Positions 63,873-64,000 of a stretch of DNA of 64,000 nucleotides are shown here, one piece after another. The DNA is from an uncultured Collinsella sp. (GTDB taxonomy: Bacteria > Actinomycetota > Coriobacteriia > Coriobacteriales > Coriobacteriaceae): NCBI GenBank assembly GCA_900552895.1, contig USBK01000003.1, positions 3,867 through 67,866 on the forward strand, read 5' to 3'. Under the pieces are notes generated by a model. It was given only the letters and a program-made list of their open reading frames with translations, did no database searches and had not been told where the DNA came from. Both the position numbers and the translations under genes were made by a program. The number at the start of each line of letters is the position of its first letter. The stretch's first letter is position 1.

Positions 63873-64000
63873 ATGGTCGATCAGGAAAAAGTCGAGGCCG
63901 CCATTAAGCTGTTGCTTGAGGGCATAGGCGAGGACCCAACTCGTGAGGGCCTGCTGGAGACCCCGGCGCGCGTTGCCCGTATGTATGGTGAGATCGCCGG
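63873..64000 (+). CDS. folE: GTP cyclohydrolase I, 3' end outside window
   Basis: [38 protein letters not shown]. Confidence 0.92.
   Translation, partial: MVDQEKVEAAIKLLLEGIGEDPTREGLLETPARVARMYGEIA

Overview
High-GC actinobacterial chromosome segment. Protein signatures and the repeat landscape suggest Coriobacteriia, probably Collinsella-like; this is inference, not a database result. Housekeeping genes are aspS (5' truncated), htrA, ligA, moaA, a moaC-mobB fusion, gatCAB, nrdG and folE (3' truncated). Between them lie accessory modules: HPr plus feoAAB, a complete kdpED/kdpFABC locus, an atypical OYE-family flavin reductase, a Schlafen/AlbA_2 gene, KDG catabolism (gntR, eda, kdgK, lacI), a low-GC secreted cysteine-protease island, MATE and ABC exporters, a beta-glucoside PTS operon with a RAT attenuator, and a sortase-dependent pilus locus interrupted by an AbiE-like toxin-antitoxin pair. 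At least three families of dispersed palindromic repeats sit at most module borders. The most notable observations are: (1) a glutamine synthetase (GlnA2-like) gene lacking several metal/catalytic ligands, directly upstream of an orphan GlnR, a possible pseudo-enzyme nitrogen sensor; (2) a putative PD-(D/E)XK-type nuclease gene bracketed by two near-identical copies of a palindrome that also occurs elsewhere, resembling RAYT/REP logic with a different enzyme; (3) an HPr with natural Asp at position 46; (4) a kdp island bounded by a 115-bp direct repeat; (5) mosaic pilin genes with a poly-G tract. No rRNA, tRNA, CRISPR array, transposase or integrase was recognised.
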